From Neodothiora populina (taxonomy: Eukaryota), in NCBI RefSeq assembly GCF_041146345.1, contig NW_027191415.1:186001-250000 (forward strand): a DNA stretch of 64,000 nt. Direction: 5' to 3'. The notes under the pieces were generated by a model. The model ran no database searches, was not told the origin of the DNA, and saw only the letters and a list, made by a program, of their open reading frames with translations. The position numbers and the translations under genes were made by a program. Shown piece by piece: positions 59,927-64,000 of the stretch (the first letter of the stretch is position 1; the number at the start of each line of letters is the position of its first letter).

Positions 59927-61609
59927 ATGGAGAACCCAATAGCCGAAAATGGCGCCCAGCCGTATGCAACCATGGCTGGAAAGTTGGACTCAAGACTTCT
60001 TCAGGCTCTCAACGTAATGGGATATGAATTCATGACGCCTGTGCAACGACGCGTACTCACAGAGTTACCGAATTGGCGCAGTGATTGCCTCGTCCAAGCA
60101 AAGACAGGAACAGGCAAAACACTTGCATTCTTGCTCCCTTCGCTACATTGCCTTCTCCAAGATCCGACGCCGCCACCAAGAGGCCAGGTCGCCATCTTGA
60201 TCATTACACCGACTCGCGAACTTGCTCAGCAGATCGCCAAGGAATGTGACCATCTAACCTCGCAGCTTGCACAGCGTCTTGAGTGTCACATCGCTGTGGG
60301 CGGCACCGCTCGCGCGTCGACACTTTCACGATTCATGAAAGGATCCCCATCCATCCTTGTCGCAACGCCAGGAAGACTCAAGGACTACCTCTCTGAAGAG
60401 TCCACTGCGCAAAAGCTCGCTCACATTCGTACGCTGATTCTCGATGAAGCCGACACGATGCTTGAGACCGGATTCTTGGCTGATGTGAAACGTATCCTGC
60501 AACTCATCCCGGCCAAGAGGACCGCCAACTGGCAAGGAATGTGTTTCTCTGCTACCGTGCCCCCAAAGGTCAAGGATGTTGTAAGCGTGGTGTTGAAGCC
60601 AGGATATAGCAACATCTCCACGATTGAGAAGCACGAGGCACCAACCCACGAAAGAGTCCCTCAGTACCATGTGCTCATCCCATCGGTTGCAGACATGTTC
60701 ACGACGCTGTCATCTCTCCTCAACTACGAAGTCAAGGGTGCTTCCAAGATCATTGTGTTCGGAGTGACCGCAAACATGGTCGCTCTGTTTGCCAAAGTCT
60801 TCTCTCAGGGCTTGACGCCGCTTAAAGTGTTCGAGATCCACTCCCGATTAAATCAGAACATCCGTACTAGGACGACAGCGGAATTCAAGGAAGCCGAGAA
60901 GGGAATCATGTTCGCATCTGACGTGATTGGACGCGGCATGGACTTCCCTAATGTCGATCTGGTCGTACAGGTGGGTTTACCGTCCAACGGAGAACAATAC
61001 GTTCATCGTGTAGGTCGTACCGCTCGTGCTGGCAACGACGGTCGCGCGGTGATCCTTCTCACCGAGGGCGAGTCATTTTTCATGAATATCAACCGTCACT
61101 TGCCCATCAAACCGCACACGCATACAGCCGAGATCGTCAATGGCGCTGCAGCATGTGCCCCTGCCGTTGAGCAAGCGATGCACAAGATCGATGAGGTCAC
61201 CAAGCAACGCGCATACTCATCATTCATTGGCTTCTTCGCTGGATCTGGCTTACTCAAGCCTCTTCGTCTAGACAAAGCCGGCCTTGTTCAACTTGCGAAC
61301 GAGATGGCCATCAAGGGCATGGCATGCCCAGAGCCTCCCCCGATGGACAAAAAGGTCGTCGGTAAGATGGGCTTGAAGGGAGTGCCAGGCTTCAACTACG
61401 CCAGTGGCAGCGACTTGTCAAATGCTCGCGCTCCGCAAAGACCGCGCAACGATGGACCTCGGCACGGCACATCCGATGGAATGAACGGTGGCGCAGACCG
61501 TGGCAGGATTGACAAGAAGAGGGGAGGTGGCAGCGGCGGCGGTGGTCGGGGTGGACGTGGAGGCCGTGGCGGCCGCGGTGGCGCTCGTGGTGGAAGACCG
61601 GCACAGTGA
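59927..61609 (+). CDS. DEAD-box ATP-dependent RNA helicase, Mss116/CYT-19-like, with RGG tail
   Basis: Q motif (MTPVQ), AKTGTGKT, PTRELA, TPGRL, DEAD, SAT, RGMD, HRVGRTARAG; C-terminal KMGLKGVPG then RGG repeats. Confidence 0.92.
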   Translation: MENPIAENGAQPYATMAGKLDSRLLQALNVMGYEFMTPVQRRVLTELPNWRSDCLVQAKTGTGKTLAFLLPSLHCLLQDPTPPPRGQVAILIITPTRELAQQIAKECDHLTSQLAQRLECHIAVGGTARASTLSRFMKGSPSILVATPGRLKDYLSEESTAQKLAHIRTLILDEADTMLETGFLADVKRILQLIPAKRTANWQGMCFSATVPPKVKDVVSVVLKPGYSNISTIEKHEAPTHERVPQYHVLIPSVADMFTTLSSLLNYEVKGASKIIVFGVTANMVALFAKVFSQGLTPLKVFEIHSRLNQNIRTRTTAEFKEAEKGIMFASDVIGRGMDFPNVDLVVQVGLPSNGEQYVHRVGRTARAGNDGRAVILLTEGESFFMNINRHLPIKPHTHTAEIVNGAAACAPAVEQAMHKIDEVTKQRAYSSFIGFFAGSGLLKPLRLDKAGLVQLANEMAIKGMACPEPPPMDKKVVGKMGLKGVPGFNYASGSDLSNARAPQRPRNDGPRHGTSDGMNGGADRGRIDKKRGGGSGGGGRGGRGGRGGRGGARGGRPAQ

Positions 61610-62822
61610 AACCGCGATCTGACTGCCTAAGTGATGGGCCGAGTGATAGGCAAAGATATCGTGAGAACCGACTGCCTAGCACGGTTACAGTAGGCGTTAC
61701 AACATATGGACTTGAAGCTAAAACCATCGAAGAAATGCTCCGAAGCATTGAGCACCATGCTTGCACCTGTGCTTCAAGGAGGTTCAGAGCAGGGTCAAGG
61801 GAGAGCTAGACCAACCCTCGAAGATAGAGCGAACAGACGTCCGTCTAGACATAGATATAGATTTTCTGATAGAACTGTATGACCTCTACGATGCTCTAAC
61901 AGCGCATGCATGAAAGCAATGAGGGCTGTGAAGTAGTAATCTAAACCTAGCTTTCCAGAGTCGTCATGAACATGGGAGAAGTCTTTACTGCTATAGCGAT
62001 GTTAGATCGCGCCACGCCTAGATTCACATTCCATCAATGGCTAGAATAAGGTATGTGGTGCGTACTTTTTATTTTTTTATTTTATTTCATTTTAAATATG
62101 GTGTGCAGGTACTCCGTATAGTCGACATCGTTGTATATTATTGTTTCAAGAAAGTGTACCATAGTTTCGAAGTAACACTTGGTGGGAACCGGCATTTCGG
62201 CTATGGCTGCAAACAAGATCGGGTAATTTGATGGATCAGAGCAACGGATCTTCGCTCAATTCATAGAACCTGATGGATTGGCCTAGAAGTCCACGATGTT
62301 CGCGAAGGTATATAGTAGCTACAGTGTATTATACCGTACCTTACGCAAAGGATAGCGAACCTAGTAGGAGACACGAAGCCCCTACGAAAAGTCGAAGTCC
62401 TTTACGTACATTAGTACGGCCTCCGTACTTCTCTGGAATCTGGCACAGCGTACTTGAGTCGTGCGCCAAGTCAAGCGTCGAGTACATCCGCATTTTGCGG
62501 TCTTTTCAGCAATTGGGTTTCCGAACTGCCAGGGCATTCCCGGATTGACTGATTGCTGAAAAGACTACAACACGGCAAGCGATAAAGCGCAAGTTCGAGG
62601 CCCGTGAATTACCTATAATTGAGCTTAGCGCCCTCCCCCACCCCGCAGACTTCGGCTAGATGATAAGAACGCGCCGGTCCAATCCTTTAGCCTCATGACC
62701 TATACATCGCCCACAATGCCGACATGGTAGAATATGGAATACATGACAGAGAACTTGAGTAGGGCTTAGGTAGTCAGGCCTGACTTTCTCTAGATTCCTG
62801 TTCATCTGCCTAATAATCACCT

Positions 62823-63955
62823 TCATGTAGTGTGCTTTAAAATCCACTCGTCCTCTGCTAGTTCGCGGGCGCAGCTGCGTTTTTCCGGCTCCCATTGTAG
62901 CAGCTTCCGCATAAAACGTAGGAAAGACTCCCTGTCCTTTTCAGTCTCTTCTGCTTGTAGAGATGTTTCCCGTTGATCAAGTGTTCTTGTGCAAGGTATA
63001 GGAATCCCAGCGGAGAAGTCGCCTTTGAGAAGCACATCGTTAGCGTCACAAAAGAAAAATTGCGGCCGCCAGTTGGACTCAAGTCTCGGCTCACCTTTTT
63101 CAGAGAAGAACTTGCTCCTCAGATTTGCTCGAGCAAGTAGAGCTGGTGGAGGAGGCCCGAGGAGTGCGATTATCTCGGAGAGGTGGGCCCTTCCCCGATA
63201 TGCGTCGTGCTCCGGATCACGACCAGTAAACAAGTGCTCGCCTTCAAAGGTGTCCCAGACCTAAGAAATAGTGAGATTCAGCCCGGACCTATGCGTTCAC
63301 CTTAACAACACTCACCATACACCCCACATTCCAGATGTCCACGCTGTATGCCCATGGGATATCAAGAATGACTTCTGGAGACCGATAGATATCAGGTTGA
63401 ATGTCCTCACGATGCTCCAGCCCATCGTCAAGTGGCACAGCCGATCCGAAGTCACACAGCAGAGGCGCACCGAAGGTTCTCGGCATGCCCATTTCGCGGG
63501 AGAGTTAGATGACACCGCCATCGACCTCTTTCTTGGGGTTAGGTTCTTCTAACTCCTGGTGCTCGAACTGTGTCAATACGGATGAATCTGCCGGAAGCAA
63601 AATGTTGGCTTCCTTGATATCGGTATGAACTATGTGGCACTCCCGGTGTAGGAGGTCTAACGCAAGAAATAGGCGCTTGAGCAGGAAGGCCATAACTGGT
63701 TGTGGCAATCTCCGAACAGGATTACGGTTCTTGATATTGAGTGCGCTCTCCCAAAGGGGGGTATGTACCAGACATCGATGTCTCGCACTAGGCGTGTCAA
63801 CCTCGAACGAGTCGAGCAGGGAGCGGACGGCACTACGGCCCGGATGGTGCTCGGGTGAGTTTTCGATGCGTCTGTAAACATCAAGCTCGGTATCTAGCTC
63901 ACTTCCTAAGGCATCTGATTGTATATAAAGCTTGAGAGCAACATGCTGGCATTCG
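62823..63955 (-). pseudogene. SRPK/Sky1-like Ser/Thr kinase with an in-frame TAA at 63505-63507; introns 63261-63315 and 63023-63094; 5' part outside the window
   Basis: HVALK, LLDSFEV..HRCLVH, HTDIKEANIL, LCDFG, IQPDIYRSPEVIL, VDIWNVG, LQWEPEKR; the frame continues across the stop. Confidence 0.75.
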
Positions 63956-64000
63956 CTGATACAGATGAGTCCCAAGTCGTCATAAAAAATGAGGGGAGAA

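Overview
Eukaryotic DNA from a filamentous ascomycete (GT..CTRAC..YAG introns, fungal housekeeping genes; possibly Dothideomycetes, which is an inference). Conserved genes in order: CCCH zinc-finger protein (5' end outside the window), Sel1-repeat Dsf2/Nif1-like protein with two long introns, bZIP factor with a putative TM anchor, TFG2, CSN4, NSA2, mitochondrial bL21 (MRPL49), CFEM protein, flavohemoglobin, HOS2, YNG2, choline sulfatase, PTH2, SNU66/SART1, GH128 glucanase with an apple-like domain, Mss116-like DEAD-box helicase, and an SRPK-like kinase with an in-frame stop. Features the ORF track misses: an snR30/U17 H/ACA snoRNA (~52442-52752, minus strand) and a 771-bp internally deleted Fot1/pogo transposon whose DNA-binding-domain ORF is still open. 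A ~13-kb island (17.2-30.2 kb) has no recognisable conserved gene. It holds two 13-bp minisatellites and an orphan spliced gene with four SxIP motifs and a duplicated exon/intron module. I found no clearly new multi-gene system. All calls come from reading the sequence by eye; no database searches were run.
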